Shown here piece by piece: positions 10,781-21,258 of a stretch of 64,000 bases of DNA. The stretch covers positions 1 to 64,000 of the forward strand of contig JAZDKB010000013.1 in the NCBI GenBank assembly GCA_043803405.1, read 5' to 3'. The position numbers and the translations under genes were made by a program. Under the pieces are notes generated by a model. It did no database searches. It had not been told where the DNA came from and was given only the letters and a program-made list of their open reading frames with translations. Source of the stretch: Spirochaetota bacterium. Lineage in GTDB: Bacteria > Spirochaetota > UBA4802 > JAFGDQ01. The first letter of the stretch is position 1; the number at the start of each line of letters is the position of its first letter.

Positions 10781-11398
10781 TTATTTCGGAAGCATGCTTT
10801 CGGAAATTTCCTGCCACGCTGGAAAAAGCTTATGCTCTATTCCGAGCAAATTGAGCGTTTTTCCAACTATAAAATTCACAACATCGTCTATTGTGGCAGG
10901 ATGAGTATAAAAAGCCGGCACAGGCATAAGTATATGCGCGCCTGCCCGCTTTGCTTTTAAGAGATTTTCAATATGGATAAGGTTAAGCGGTGTTTCCCTT
11001 GGAGCAAGTACGCACATTCTGTTCTCTTTTAAAGCTACGTCAACGGTTCGTGTGATAAGAGAATCCGCATACCCGGACGCAATGGCTGCAAGGGTTTTCA
11101 TGGAGCAGGGCATTACTGCAACAGCTTCGAATTTTGTTGTACCGCTTGCAGGCGGGGAAAAGAAATCGTCGTTATTGTATTCTTTTAAATTTTTAATATT
11201 TATTTTGGCATTTCTGTTTTTAATAATACTGCTTATTGTCGCGTGTTTTTCTGTATTCTTTAAAATTTCATAATTGATAATATTCCGGCCCGAAGCTGAA
11301 ACAATAACACCAACTTCTTTACCGGCTTTAAGCAGCTCCTCAACAAGCCTTATGCCGAGCACTGCTCCGCTTGCACCTGTTATAGCCGTAATATACAT
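10781..11398 (-). CDS. ubiX: Flavin prenyltransferase UbiX
   Basis: ITGASG, PASG, PCSMKTL, RETP, PAFY motifs. Confidence 0.93.
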   Translation of the reverse strand: MYITAITGASGAVLGIRLVEELLKAGKEVGVIVSASGRNIINYEILKNTEKHATISSIIKNRNAKINIKNLKEYNNDDFFSPPASGTTKFEAVAVMPCSMKTLAAIASGYADSLITRTVDVALKENRMCVLAPRETPLNLIHIENLLKAKRAGAHILMPVPAFYTHPATIDDVVNFIVGKTLNLLGIEHKLFPAWQEISESMLPK

Positions 11399-11423
11399 TT
11401 GCTTTTTACGCTAAACCGAAAAT

Positions 11424-12263
11424 TTAATGAAAAAATACATCAATAAAAGTCCCTACTAAAAGCAATGGGGCGATAAAATTATTTATTTGAATAAATTCTT
11501 TTTTTGCTGTTTCAGTATCCTTGCTTCTTAATAAAACCTGCTGTTTTATCAGAACAATCGCAAAACAGAACAGCGATATCCAGTATGCCAGACCGCGCAC
11601 TGCGATAAACCCTGCCAGTATCAAAATCAAAAAAGAAAAAATAAAGAAAATGAATGATAATGCTTTGGCTTTTTTTATGCCGATTTTTTCCAAAAGGAAA
11701 TTCTTTTTATGTTTATCATTCTGAATTTCATATATGGCTCCCGATATTTCCGTGCCAGTTGTCCAGAAAAGAACAGCTGCGAACAGGATTGCCGGAATAA
11801 GCTCGAACCTGTTGTTTGCGGCAATAAATCCGCCTACAGGGCATAGCGCGAAAAAAATGCCAAGGTTAAATGTGGGCATAGAGTTGTATTTACTAAGAAA
11901 GGGAAACCCGATTAAAATAACAACTGATAATATTGACAGATAGTAAGACGGGTCGTTTATCCAGAAAGAGGAAAGTATAAATACTGCGGACGATATAATA
12001 CCGGATAACAGTACAGGACGTTTTTGTTTATTGCCTGCTGAATCTATAAAGTCTTTTAATGACGGTTTACCCAGCCTGGTTTTCTCTCCCTGAAATTTTT
12101 TAAAGGACTCGTGAGCAATTCCTGCAGAAACAATGGCAAGCGTAAAAAGCAGCCAGACTTCAATAAACGCTTTGCCTGCAAAAAGCAGGCCAAGATATCC
12201 AAGGGATAAAATCAAAATTATTTGATCTATTTTTATAAATTGCTTTAATATTTTCAAATCCAT
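11424..12263 (-). CDS. UbiA-family (MqnP-like) prenyltransferase, divergent
   Basis: Multi-TM protein next to ubiX; PVGGFIA and FWT.G..I..A...D pattern; first Asp-rich motif is degenerate. Confidence 0.6.
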   Translation of the reverse strand: MDLKILKQFIKIDQIILILSLGYLGLLFAGKAFIEVWLLFTLAIVSAGIAHESFKKFQGEKTRLGKPSLKDFIDSAGNKQKRPVLLSGIISSAVFILSSFWINDPSYYLSILSVVILIGFPFLSKYNSMPTFNLGIFFALCPVGGFIAANNRFELIPAILFAAVLFWTTGTEISGAIYEIQNDKHKKNFLLEKIGIKKAKALSFIFFIFSFLILILAGFIAVRGLAYWISLFCFAIVLIKQQVLLRSKDTETAKKEFIQINNFIAPLLLVGTFIDVFFH

Positions 12264-12280
12264 TTTTTCACCGATAATCT

Positions 12281-13495
12281 TTACTGCGACATTCCAGCAA
12301 TAGCGCCTGTGCTCCAGGCAAACTGCAAATTATATCCACCGCTATCGCCGTCAATGTCAAGCAGTTCTCCTGTAATAAAAAGGTTTTTTATAATCACGGA
12401 TTCCATTGTAGAAGAATTTATTTCATCCACATCAACACCGCCCGCAGCAATCACGGCTTCTTTAAATGATCTGGGACTGCCCGGAATTATTGTAAAAGAT
12501 TTAAATAATTTAATTATAGCCCGCTTCTCATTATCTGACAAATGTTTTATTTGATTATAAGGGTCAATATTTATAGTTTTAAGCAGCACTTCGGGTATTC
12601 GTTTTTTAATTATTCCCGACAGACTTATAGCAACATTCTTGTCCGGGTCAACCCAGAGTTTATTGATTTTATCAGCCAGCATTTGCTCTGTCATTTCGGG
12701 GAAAAAATCAATGATTATTTGAGGGTCTTTTTTTTCAAGAACATACTGGTTAACTGCACGCGATATGTTAAGGACGCAAGGCCCGGATATTCCGTACTTA
12801 GTGAACAGAAGTTCTCCTGCTGATTCGGACACTGTTCTGCCCCCGGTTTCAACCCGCGCGCCGCAAATCCATTTTACGCCTTCCAGTGTATGCAGAATTT
12901 TAAGCGGGACGGATACAGGCAGGATTGCGGGGAAAGGCTCATATATCCTGTGGCCGAGAGAGCCTGCGAGTTCGTAGCCTATGTCCGACGCTCCCAGCCC
13001 TGTATAAGCAGAGCTCCCGGCAGATAATATCACGGAATCGAAAACATGCTCTTCCCTGCCTGCTGTGACAATCCTGAATTTATCTTTCGCAGGAATTATT
13101 TTTTCAACTTTTCTGTTCAGGTTCAGGTCAACATTATTCCTGGTTAACTCGTAATTCAAAATATCGACAACACTCGACGCCTGCATAGAAGCAGGAAATA
13201 ATCTTCCTTCATTTTCTTCAATAAGCGGGAGGCCTACAGATTCAAAAAAATCAACAGTTTCCTTAAGCCCGAATTTTGCAAACACAGTCAAAACAAACTT
13301 TGTATTATGCCCGTGATAATTCGCAATATCAATATTCTTATTCGAAATATTGCATCTTCCGTTGCCTGTGCTCAGTATTTTTCTGCCGATTCTATCCTGC
13401 TTTTCGAACAGGGTTACCTTGTTGATTTTTTTTGCGGCAAACAGGGCTGCAATTATTCCGGATGCGCCCGCGCCGATTACGGCAATGTTCTTCAT
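12281..13495 (-). CDS. HI0933/BaiN/YhiN family flavoprotein
   Basis: IGAGASG, GRKILSTGNGRCN, GELLFT..G.SGP, GELLDIDGDSGGYNLQFAW. Confidence 0.92.
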   Translation of the reverse strand: MKNIAVIGAGASGIIAALFAAKKINKVTLFEKQDRIGRKILSTGNGRCNISNKNIDIANYHGHNTKFVLTVFAKFGLKETVDFFESVGLPLIEENEGRLFPASMQASSVVDILNYELTRNNVDLNLNRKVEKIIPAKDKFRIVTAGREEHVFDSVILSAGSSAYTGLGASDIGYELAGSLGHRIYEPFPAILPVSVPLKILHTLEGVKWICGARVETGGRTVSESAGELLFTKYGISGPCVLNISRAVNQYVLEKKDPQIIIDFFPEMTEQMLADKINKLWVDPDKNVAISLSGIIKKRIPEVLLKTINIDPYNQIKHLSDNEKRAIIKLFKSFTIIPGSPRSFKEAVIAAGGVDVDEINSSTMESVIIKNLFITGELLDIDGDSGGYNLQFAWSTGAIAGMSQ

Positions 13496-13688
13496 AAGAT
13501 AATTTATTTAAAATGATATTACTGATTATTAGGTTGTCTGGCATTTATGATCAAATGCCGGTTAGTATCTTAAGTCAAGATAAATACTGGAAAAATTATA
13601 CTGATTAATATTTGCAAATTACAGGAAGCAAGCAGGACATATAAAACAATACGAATTAATTATAAATAAAAATAACTTTAAAAAGAAG

Positions 13689-13988
13689 TTATCGAGAGAA
13701 ACGATCTTTAACTGCATTTGAAAAATCTCTCTTTGCATGAACGACAGCTGCCACTTCAACTGAAGTGCGAATTCTGTAAACAATACGGTATGAATAAACT
13801 AAAATTTCGCGGATATTGTCATCCTGGATTTCGGGAACAATTCGTCCTTTACGAGGAAAGGACTCGATTAATTTAATATTCTCCAGGATTATTATTATAA
13901 CTTCGTGTGCATAATGGCGGGAATCCCTGGCAATATAATCATGAATTTGCCTCAAATCTTCACGGGCTGGTTTAGATATTTTTACCAT
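13689..13988 (-). CDS. RelE/ParE family toxin
   Basis: AREDL..I.DYI..DS, GRIVPE, REI.VYSYRIVY, VHAKR. Confidence 0.88.
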   Translation of the reverse strand: MVKISKPAREDLRQIHDYIARDSRHYAHEVIIIILENIKLIESFPRKGRIVPEIQDDNIREILVYSYRIVYRIRTSVEVAAVVHAKRDFSNAVKDRFSR

Positions 13989-14161
13989 GAATCTGCTTCT
14001 TTTTGAAGCTCATCTATGGTAATTGTTTCCCCCTTATCGATTGCATCAAGACCCTTCTTTATCTTGTCTATAACATAGAGCCTGTACATGATGTCGTCTA
14101 TGGTAGCAGAATCTGGCAGGGAATTTATTGCGTTCATCGCTTCTTCTTTAACAGTGTGCAT
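13982..14161 (-). CDS. Cognate antitoxin (59 aa, absent from the ORF track)
   Basis: Manual translation MHTVKEEAMNAINSLPDSATIDDIMYRLYVIDKIKKGLDAIDKGETITIDELQKEADSW; overlaps the toxin start by 7 nt. Confidence 0.85.
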   Translation of the reverse strand: MHTVKEEAMNAINSLPDSATIDDIMYRLYVIDKIKKGLDAIDKGETITIDELQKEADSW

Positions 14162-14286
14162 AATTACTTTAATCCTGTTATTATAATATCATCGTTTAAT
14201 TAATAAACTTATTCAAATAATAAATTAGTTCATTAAAAATAATAAGTCAAGTTTAAATCAGTAATTTGACTTTCGGACAAACCTTT

Positions 14287-16266
14287 TTACGAATCCATGC
14301 GTATGGGCATGATCACGTTTGTGATGCCTTTCCACTGAAGACGCCGCTGTATTGCATTGGCCGTTTCATTATGCAGAAGCGCGTGGTAAAATTTTTCCTC
14401 GCGGAAAGCGAGCTTGCCTGTGAACACCGTAGAGTAATGGAATTCCTTTACAGTATCAACGCACAGCTCGGTCGCAACATCTACAACGTCTGTGCCAACA
14501 CCCATCCTGTACTCTGCCGGGAAGCCCAGCCTGCGCGAAAGGTTTACGTATCTTTTAAGCGAATCTTCAACCGACTTTTTCAGGTCGTCCAGCCCCTCTT
14601 CTCCCTTGAACAAACCCTGATCCACAACAGCGACTGAAATAAAAATAAAATTATTATACAAATTCCGGAACGATCTGTTTATGTTAAGGAACGTGTGCAC
14701 TCCGAAGCCGCTGTAGCTCCCGACAAGCTGAATCGCGGTCATGTTCTTTTTGTCTACAGGCTGAGTGTTCATCACATCTTCCGTTAAAGGCATATCCTTA
14801 AGAAGCTCATCCAGCTTGCGCATATCATGTCCGATCCGGGTGTAATGCTTCTGGATTATGTAGCAAAGCATAATCAGAATTGACGTTATTACAAGAGTTA
14901 GCCACCCGCCTTCGATAAATTTTTCAAAGATAGTAATGATGAGAATTGTGAGACAGAGCAGAAATCCTATTATAAAAATCACAATATGCTTTTTCCAGTT
15001 TTTGTGCTTCTTCCGGTTAATAAAGACATATTTCATCATCCCGAATTCTGAAAGCGAAAATGTAAGGAATACGTTTATCGAATACATAATTACAAGTGCG
15101 GAAATGGAGCCGCGGGTGTATATCAGAACGCAAATAGATGCTGCGCCGATTATCAGCACGCCGTTGCGCATAGTGAGCCTTTCCGAGAACGCCCTGAACC
15201 TGTGCGGAAGCCATGAGTCAACAGCCATGTTTGCCATTACGCGCGGCGCGTCTATAAACCCGGCCTGTGCTGCTACGAACAGAAGAGCGCCTTCGGAAAG
15301 AATTGTTATAAGGGCAAGCAGGTAACCGAAGCTCCAGCCGCCGAAAAGCGAATCTGCAAGCACGGAGTTAAGCGTTTTCCCGAACGTTGGCTTTACTCCC
15401 ACAAGAAGGTAGCACAGGAACAGCCCGCCTGCAGTAATCGCGAGAGAACTTGCCATGTAAGCCATTGTGCGCTTGCCTGTCTGCACTTTCGGCTCGCGCA
15501 TAATCTGCAGACCGTTTGAAACGGCCTCAATACCGGTATATGTACCTCCGCCAAGAGAATAAGCGCGCAGAAAAAGCAGCAGAATACCAACCCCGCCTAT
15601 AGCGCTTAAGTCTCGCGAAAATCCCGTGCTTACCTGGCTTATAACAGGCTTTAAATCCCCGGAATGACTGAATATGCCGTAACCAAGAAGAAGCACATGA
15701 GTAATTATAAAGATAATGAATATGGGAGCCAGGAATGTTATGGATTCCTTTATACCCCTGATATTCAATATCATAAGCAATATGATAAGCATTGAAGCGA
15801 CTAAAATTTTTAACGGCTGATATTCAGGAGGTATGTAGCTGAATAAGGCATCAACGCAGGAAGTAACTGATACGGTAATTGTTAGTATATAGTCTATAAT
15901 AAGCGCGCTTCCGGAAATTACACCAGCTTTTCTTCCGATAGTATGTGTTGCTACAATGTAGCCTCCTCCTCCGTGGGGAAAATGTTCGATGATGCGGGAA
16001 TAAGCATAGGAAATAATGAGTACAGTCAATGCTGCTGCTATTGCAAGAAAAAATGCGAGATAAGTGTGCTCGCCCAGAGCGCGGAAAGCTTCCTCAGGGC
16101 CGTATGATGATGATGAAAGCCCGTCTGCTCCGAGGCCGATCCACGCGAAGAACGGGATAAGCGCCAGCTTATGAAATATGCCCGGATCATTGATGTCGCG
16201 CGGCGGGCCTATAATTTTACGGATAAATTTTTTAGAAAAAGATGATGCTGAATTATCTGTACCCAT
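14287..16266 (-). CDS. kimA: KimA/YdaO-like APC-fold potassium transporter, copy 1
   Basis: GADGLSSSSYGPEE, PHGGGGY, DYILT, TGIEAVSNG motifs; about 12 TM plus a cytoplasmic C-terminal domain; preceded by a c-di-AMP riboswitch. Confidence 0.85.
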   Translation of the reverse strand: MGTDNSASSFSKKFIRKIIGPPRDINDPGIFHKLALIPFFAWIGLGADGLSSSSYGPEEAFRALGEHTYLAFFLAIAAALTVLIISYAYSRIIEHFPHGGGGYIVATHTIGRKAGVISGSALIIDYILTITVSVTSCVDALFSYIPPEYQPLKILVASMLIILLMILNIRGIKESITFLAPIFIIFIITHVLLLGYGIFSHSGDLKPVISQVSTGFSRDLSAIGGVGILLLFLRAYSLGGGTYTGIEAVSNGLQIMREPKVQTGKRTMAYMASSLAITAGGLFLCYLLVGVKPTFGKTLNSVLADSLFGGWSFGYLLALITILSEGALLFVAAQAGFIDAPRVMANMAVDSWLPHRFRAFSERLTMRNGVLIIGAASICVLIYTRGSISALVIMYSINVFLTFSLSEFGMMKYVFINRKKHKNWKKHIVIFIIGFLLCLTILIITIFEKFIEGGWLTLVITSILIMLCYIIQKHYTRIGHDMRKLDELLKDMPLTEDVMNTQPVDKKNMTAIQLVGSYSGFGVHTFLNINRSFRNLYNNFIFISVAVVDQGLFKGEEGLDDLKKSVEDSLKRYVNLSRRLGFPAEYRMGVGTDVVDVATELCVDTVKEFHYSTVFTGKLAFREEKFYHALLHNETANAIQRRLQWKGITNVIMPIRMDS

Positions 16267-16342
16267 AAGACCTCTCCTTGTTTTCGAAAGGCATAGCGTA
16301 AAAAACCGCTGTTATGGCAGATTATTCATATCTGTCAAATGC

Positions 16343-16528
16343 CCTCCCAATTGCCTACGAGGTTAGCTGACGGGCTCGGATCTGGAAGTATCCTAGGAAT
16401 CTTATTAAAATATTTTACTGCAAAGACAAATTTTTAAAACTCTGTGACTCTGCGGCAATTTTTTAATATATCCATACGCCCCAAAATAACGGGTCCCCCG
16501 CATTTACTGTTAAGTAAATCTCGGCTAC
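16343..16528 (-). ncRNA. c-di-AMP (ydaO-yuaA) riboswitch, copy 1
   Basis: Minus strand reads GCCGAG..TTTACT-taac-AGTAAA-T-GCGGGGGACCC..TGGGGCG..TAGG..CCGAGCCCGTCAGCTAACCTCGTAGGC, matching the family consensus. Confidence 0.9.
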
Positions 16529-16660
16529 ATAAGATTTTGAAGGTTATATTTTGACTTAGCCGTTTTATGTCAAGAATATTACTATATTCTATATATATAC
16601 ATATATAAATACAATTCCCATAAGCAAGAAAATATTATTACTTTGAATACTTTCTGCTCG

Positions 16661-18637
16661 CTACGTATCCATGCGTATAGGCATAATCACGTTTGTAATT
16701 CCGCTCCACTGGAGACGTCGCTGGATCGCGTACGAAGTTTCATTATGCAGCAGCTTATGGTAGAATTTTTCCTGGCGGAAAGCAACCTTGCCTGTGAACA
16801 CAGTAGAGCGCGGGAATTCCTTAACTGTCTCGTTGCATAAATTCGTAGCAGTGTCAACAACATCTATTCCCACATCCATCCTGTACTCTGCAGGGAAACC
16901 GAGCTTGCGCGCCAGTTCAACATATCTTTTAAGGGATTCTTCAACAGACTTTTTTAAATCATCAACCCCTTCCTCGCCTTTGAACAATCCCTGGTCAACT
17001 ACAGCTACTGAAATAAAAATAAAATTCTTATAAAGATCGGGGAAAGACCTGTTGATGTTTAAAAATGTATGCACTCCGAATCCGCTGTAGCTGCCTACAA
17101 GCTGAATGGCAGTCATTTTCTTTTTATGCACAGGTTGTTCGTTAAGCTCGCCCACGGCAGGCACGTCTTTAAGAAGCTCGTCAAGCTTGCGCATATCCAC
17201 TAAAATGCGGTCATAATGCCGCCGGATCATATAGCAGAGAATTATTAATAAAGATGTTATAACAAGAGTAAGCCATCCGCCCTCTCCGAATTTTTCATAA
17301 ACCGTTACTGCCAGAATTGTAACACAAAGCAGGAATCCTACAATAAATACTGCAAAATATCTTTTCCATTTTGCAATCTTATCCTTGTTCTTGTAAAAAA
17401 ACCGGAGCATGCCGAGTTCCGAAAGAGAAAACGTAAGAAATACATTGATCGAATACATAATTACAAGAGCTGAAATTGAACCGCGCGTATAAAACAAAAT
17501 CAGTAAAGCTGCAGCTCCTATCATAATGACGCCGTTATGCATTGTAAGTCTTTCCGAGAATGCGGAAAACCGGTGAGGCAGCCATGAATCGATCGCCATG
17601 TTGGACATAACCCTGGGCGCTGCTATAAGTCCGGCCTGGGCGGCAACCAGCAGCAGGGCGCCTTCGGATAAAATTGTTACAAGCGCCAGCCCATAACCAA
17701 AGCTAAAATTACCGAAAAGGGCATCAGCTAAAACTGCGTTAAGTGTTTTTCCCAAAGTCGGCTTTACATCCAGAAGCAGGTAACAGAGGAAAAGGCCGGC
17801 TGCGGTAACTGCCAGCGAAATAGCCATATATGCCATTGTACGCTTGCCGGTCTGAACCCTCGGCTCGCGCATAATCTGCAAACCGTTTGAAACAGCTTCA
17901 ATCCCCGTATATGTACCGCCTCCGAAGGAATATGCCCGTAAAAATATCAGAAGAATTCCCATCCCTCCCATGGTTGATAAATCCTGCGAAAGGCCGGAGC
18001 CGACATGTTCAACAACTGAACCAACTTCTCCTATATGACTGAATATCCCGTATCCAAGCAATACTACATGCGTTATAATAAATATAATAAATATAGGAGC
18101 CAGGAATGCAATAGATTCCTTAACTCCCCTGATGTTTAAAATAATGAGTATGATAATTAGAATAGTAGCAGTTAAAATTTTAAATTGCTGATATTCAACC
18201 GGCAAATAGCTGAACAGAGCATCCACGCAGGATGTAATAGATACCGCTATTGTAAGCACATAGTCGATTATAAGCGCTCCGCCGGAAATTACGCCTGTTT
18301 TTTTCCCAAGCATGTGGCTTGCGACAAGGTAGCCTCCGCCGCCGTGAGGAAAATGTTCTATGATCTTGGAATATGTGTATGATATGATAAATACTGTAAC
18401 TGAAGTGACAATCGCGAGAAAAAAAGCAAGGTAAGTATGATCCCCGAGCGCGCGGAAAGCTTCCTCAGGGCCGTACGAAGATGACGAAAGACCGTCCGCA
18501 CCCAGGCCGATCCACGCGAAGAACGGGATTAACGCCAGCTTATGAAAAATGCCAGGGTCGTTTATGTCTCTGGGCGGCCCTATTATTTTGCGGATTACTT
18601 TTGTAAGAAGCGGCGTTTCGCTGTTTGAATCGGTCAT
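16661..18637 (-). CDS. kimA: KimA/YdaO-like potassium transporter, copy 2
   Basis: Close paralog of 14287-16266; true start is ATG 18637 after GGAGG (the ORF-track extension to 18703 runs into the riboswitch). Confidence 0.85.
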   Translation of the reverse strand: MTDSNSETPLLTKVIRKIIGPPRDINDPGIFHKLALIPFFAWIGLGADGLSSSSYGPEEAFRALGDHTYLAFFLAIVTSVTVFIISYTYSKIIEHFPHGGGGYLVASHMLGKKTGVISGGALIIDYVLTIAVSITSCVDALFSYLPVEYQQFKILTATILIIILIILNIRGVKESIAFLAPIFIIFIITHVVLLGYGIFSHIGEVGSVVEHVGSGLSQDLSTMGGMGILLIFLRAYSFGGGTYTGIEAVSNGLQIMREPRVQTGKRTMAYMAISLAVTAAGLFLCYLLLDVKPTLGKTLNAVLADALFGNFSFGYGLALVTILSEGALLLVAAQAGLIAAPRVMSNMAIDSWLPHRFSAFSERLTMHNGVIMIGAAALLILFYTRGSISALVIMYSINVFLTFSLSELGMLRFFYKNKDKIAKWKRYFAVFIVGFLLCVTILAVTVYEKFGEGGWLTLVITSLLIILCYMIRRHYDRILVDMRKLDELLKDVPAVGELNEQPVHKKKMTAIQLVGSYSGFGVHTFLNINRSFPDLYKNFIFISVAVVDQGLFKGEEGVDDLKKSVEESLKRYVELARKLGFPAEYRMDVGIDVVDTATNLCNETVKEFPRSTVFTGKVAFRQEKFYHKLLHNETSYAIQRRLQWSGITNVIMPIRMDT

Positions 18638-18694
18638 TAATCCTCCAACGGAAAGGCAGATCAGAACTATTCCGGTTTCGGATTCTGAATATAG

Positions 18695-18886
18695 CCCTTC
18701 CACATGCCTGCGAGGTTAGCTGACGGACTTGGATCTGGAAGTATCCTAGGAACGATGTTTATTAAAATATTTTACTGCAAAGACACTGAATTTTAGGTTC
18801 TGTGTCTGTGTGGCAGTTTTTAAACATATCCATGCGCCCCGAAAAACCGGGTCCCCCGCATTTACTGTAACGTAAATTTCGGCTGC
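18695..18886 (-). ncRNA. c-di-AMP (ydaO-yuaA) riboswitch, copy 2
   Basis: Minus strand GCCGAAA..GCGGGGGACCC..GGGGCG..TAGG..CCAAGTCCGTCAGCTAACCTCGCAGGC. Confidence 0.9.
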
Positions 18887-18927
18887 TTAATATTAAATAG
18901 TACTTTGTGTTTTTTAAAAAAAAATTG

Positions 18928-20565
18928 TCAAGAAGAATAGTTTGTCCTGAAATCAATGGACGCCCTTATAAAATCCTTAAAGAGCGGATGCGGCTGCGTC
19001 GGTTTGGATTTGAATTCCGGGTGAAACTGCGTGCCTATAAACCACGGGTGATCCTTAAGTTCAATTGTTTCTATTAAATTGCTTTGAGGGTTTACCCCGC
19101 CGAAAACCATGCCGTGTTTCTCATAAATATCCTTATATTTTAAAGTGAACTCAAGACGATGCCTGTGCCTTTCCATATAAGAATCCTGCCCGTAAATTTT
19201 CTTTATATGGCTGCCTTCCTTAAAATCGCATTTGTACGCGCCAAGCCTCATGGTGCCGCCCTTATCCGTAATGATCTCCTGATCTGCCAGATATGATATT
19301 ACAGGATGCGGGGTATCGAGATCGATCTCCCGCGTATGAGCGCCCTTTAGTCCGCATACGTTTCTTCCGAACTCGATAACGGCACAGTGAAGCCCAAGGC
19401 ATATACCGAAATAGGGAATTCCGTTTTTTCTTGCAAAACCTGCGGCAGCAATCTTTCCTTCAATACCCCTGTCGCCGAATCCTCCGGGTACAAGTATGCC
19501 GTCCGCCTCTTTAAAAAAAGAAGAAATATCGCCGTCACACTGCTTTTCAATTTCCTCGGAATCAATTCTTGTAATATTAAGCTCTGCATTGTTTCCGACA
19601 GCTCCATGCAGAAGCGCTTCGTATAATGAACGGTAAGCATCCTGCAAAGATATGTATTTGCCCACAACGGCAATATTGACCTTCTTTGAAGGTTCCCTGA
19701 GCGACTTCATAAAGCGCTCCCATTCGGGCAAGTTTGATCTCGATGCGTTCAGCCCAAAATGTTCCAGAACAACAGTATCATATTCATTGTTGTGAAGCAT
19801 GTCCGGAATTTCGTAAATAGAGCTTTTTATGTCTACAGCGGAAATAACATTTCTGGTGGATACATTGCAGAAAAGCGAAATCTTGCTTCTCATGTCTTCG
19901 GACAGCACGGTTGCAGTTCTGCATAAAAGAATGTCGGGGATAATTCCTATCTGCATCAGCTCCTTAACAGAGTGCTGCGTGGGTTTGGTCTTTTGCTCGC
20001 CTGCAACAGTGATCGTAGGCACAAGTGTTAAATGCACATTCATTACTCTTTTTGCTCCCAGTTCCTGGCGCACCTGCCTCATTGCTTCAAGAAACGGGAA
20101 CGACTCAATATCTCCTACTGTTCCGCCAATCTCAATTAAAACGAAATCAAGATCATCATCCTTAACAACATCATAAATTCGTTTTTTAATTTCATTTGTA
20201 ATATGCGGGATTACCTGAACAGTCCTGCCGAGATATTCTCCCTTCCTTTCCCTTTGAATAACCGTATTGTAAATCTGACCTGTTGAAATAGAATTTCTTC
20301 TGGTCAGTTTTGCATTTGTAAATCTTTCATAATAACCGAGATCAAGATCGGTCTCGGCTCCGTCTTCCGTTACATAAACCTCGCCGTGCTGAAACGGACT
20401 CATTGTACCTGGATCAATATTAATATAAGGATCCATTTTTATGATTGATATTTTATATCCGTGGCCTTCCAGCAATAGCCCAAGCGATGCAGTCGAAATA
20501 CCCTTTCCCAGAGAGGAACATACACCGCCAGTAATAAAAATGAATCTCGTTTTTTTGCTGTTCAT
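18928..20565 (-). CDS. pyrG: CTP synthase
   Basis: TGGVCSSLGKG, DPYINIDPGTMSPFQHGEV, GICLG and QFHPEF. Confidence 0.97.
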   Translation of the reverse strand: MNSKKTRFIFITGGVCSSLGKGISTASLGLLLEGHGYKISIIKMDPYINIDPGTMSPFQHGEVYVTEDGAETDLDLGYYERFTNAKLTRRNSISTGQIYNTVIQRERKGEYLGRTVQVIPHITNEIKKRIYDVVKDDDLDFVLIEIGGTVGDIESFPFLEAMRQVRQELGAKRVMNVHLTLVPTITVAGEQKTKPTQHSVKELMQIGIIPDILLCRTATVLSEDMRSKISLFCNVSTRNVISAVDIKSSIYEIPDMLHNNEYDTVVLEHFGLNASRSNLPEWERFMKSLREPSKKVNIAVVGKYISLQDAYRSLYEALLHGAVGNNAELNITRIDSEEIEKQCDGDISSFFKEADGILVPGGFGDRGIEGKIAAAGFARKNGIPYFGICLGLHCAVIEFGRNVCGLKGAHTREIDLDTPHPVISYLADQEIITDKGGTMRLGAYKCDFKEGSHIKKIYGQDSYMERHRHRLEFTLKYKDIYEKHGMVFGGVNPQSNLIETIELKDHPWFIGTQFHPEFKSKPTQPHPLFKDFIRASIDFRTNYSS

Positions 20566-20858
20566 ACTATCATTCCTTTTCGAATAAATGCCTGCATCAG
20601 CAGAAAAAAATTGTTTAAATCAATTAATCAGCTAAAACAGGCTGTAAATTAAAAAGCAAGCTGTGCAAAACCTGAGTAACCCGAACGATTATTTTTATCA
20701 AAAATCCGAATTTAAAGTCAATAATGATTTTTATCGATACTTATAAAAGTAGAATATTACTTTAATTATTTACACAGATGAAATAGTATTTAAACAAAGC
20801 TTGACAATCGTGTTGTCGAAAGTTAATAAATATTATAATATAGAATGGTGATTAAAAT

Positions 20859-21227
20859 ATGAATGATAATAGAAAATTTCCCCGTTATGAATGTAAAATT
20901 CCGGTAAAATTTGCTTTTTTTATCGGTAATCCGGATGAAGTCAATGTTGAATCATCGGAATCCGTAAAAGGCAAAGGCGTAATACTGGATATGAGTAAAG
21001 GAGGGCTTTTTCTTGTCTCCAACTCCAGGGTCAACATCGACATGCCTATATATCTGAATTATTCATTAAAAGGACAAAAAAATACGATAAGCGGTACAAT
21101 AGTCAGAACCGGATTAATGAAAAATAACCCTTCCGAAATTGTCCGTAAATACGAAGGCCGGAAAGCGAAAGGAGATGCATATTTAGCAGTAAAATTCGAC
21201 AGCCCTATTGAGTATGTTCCTGAATAA
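20859..21227 (+). CDS. PilZ-domain protein
   Basis: RxxxR (RKFPR) and D/NxSxGG (DMSKGG) c-di-GMP motifs. Confidence 0.85.
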   Translation: MNDNRKFPRYECKIPVKFAFFIGNPDEVNVESSESVKGKGVILDMSKGGLFLVSNSRVNIDMPIYLNYSLKGQKNTISGTIVRTGLMKNNPSEIVRKYEGRKAKGDAYLAVKFDSPIEYVPE

Positions 21228-21258
21228 ATCCGCCAAATGCGGGGTTAATTGGTAATTT

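Noticed and set aside
16586..16608. TA dinucleotide run
   Set aside because: Short and imperfect; expected in AT-rich spacer DNA
18638..18703. N-terminal extension of kimA copy 2 in the ORF track
   Set aside because: Overlaps the riboswitch expression platform; strong RBS and paralog alignment support ATG 18637
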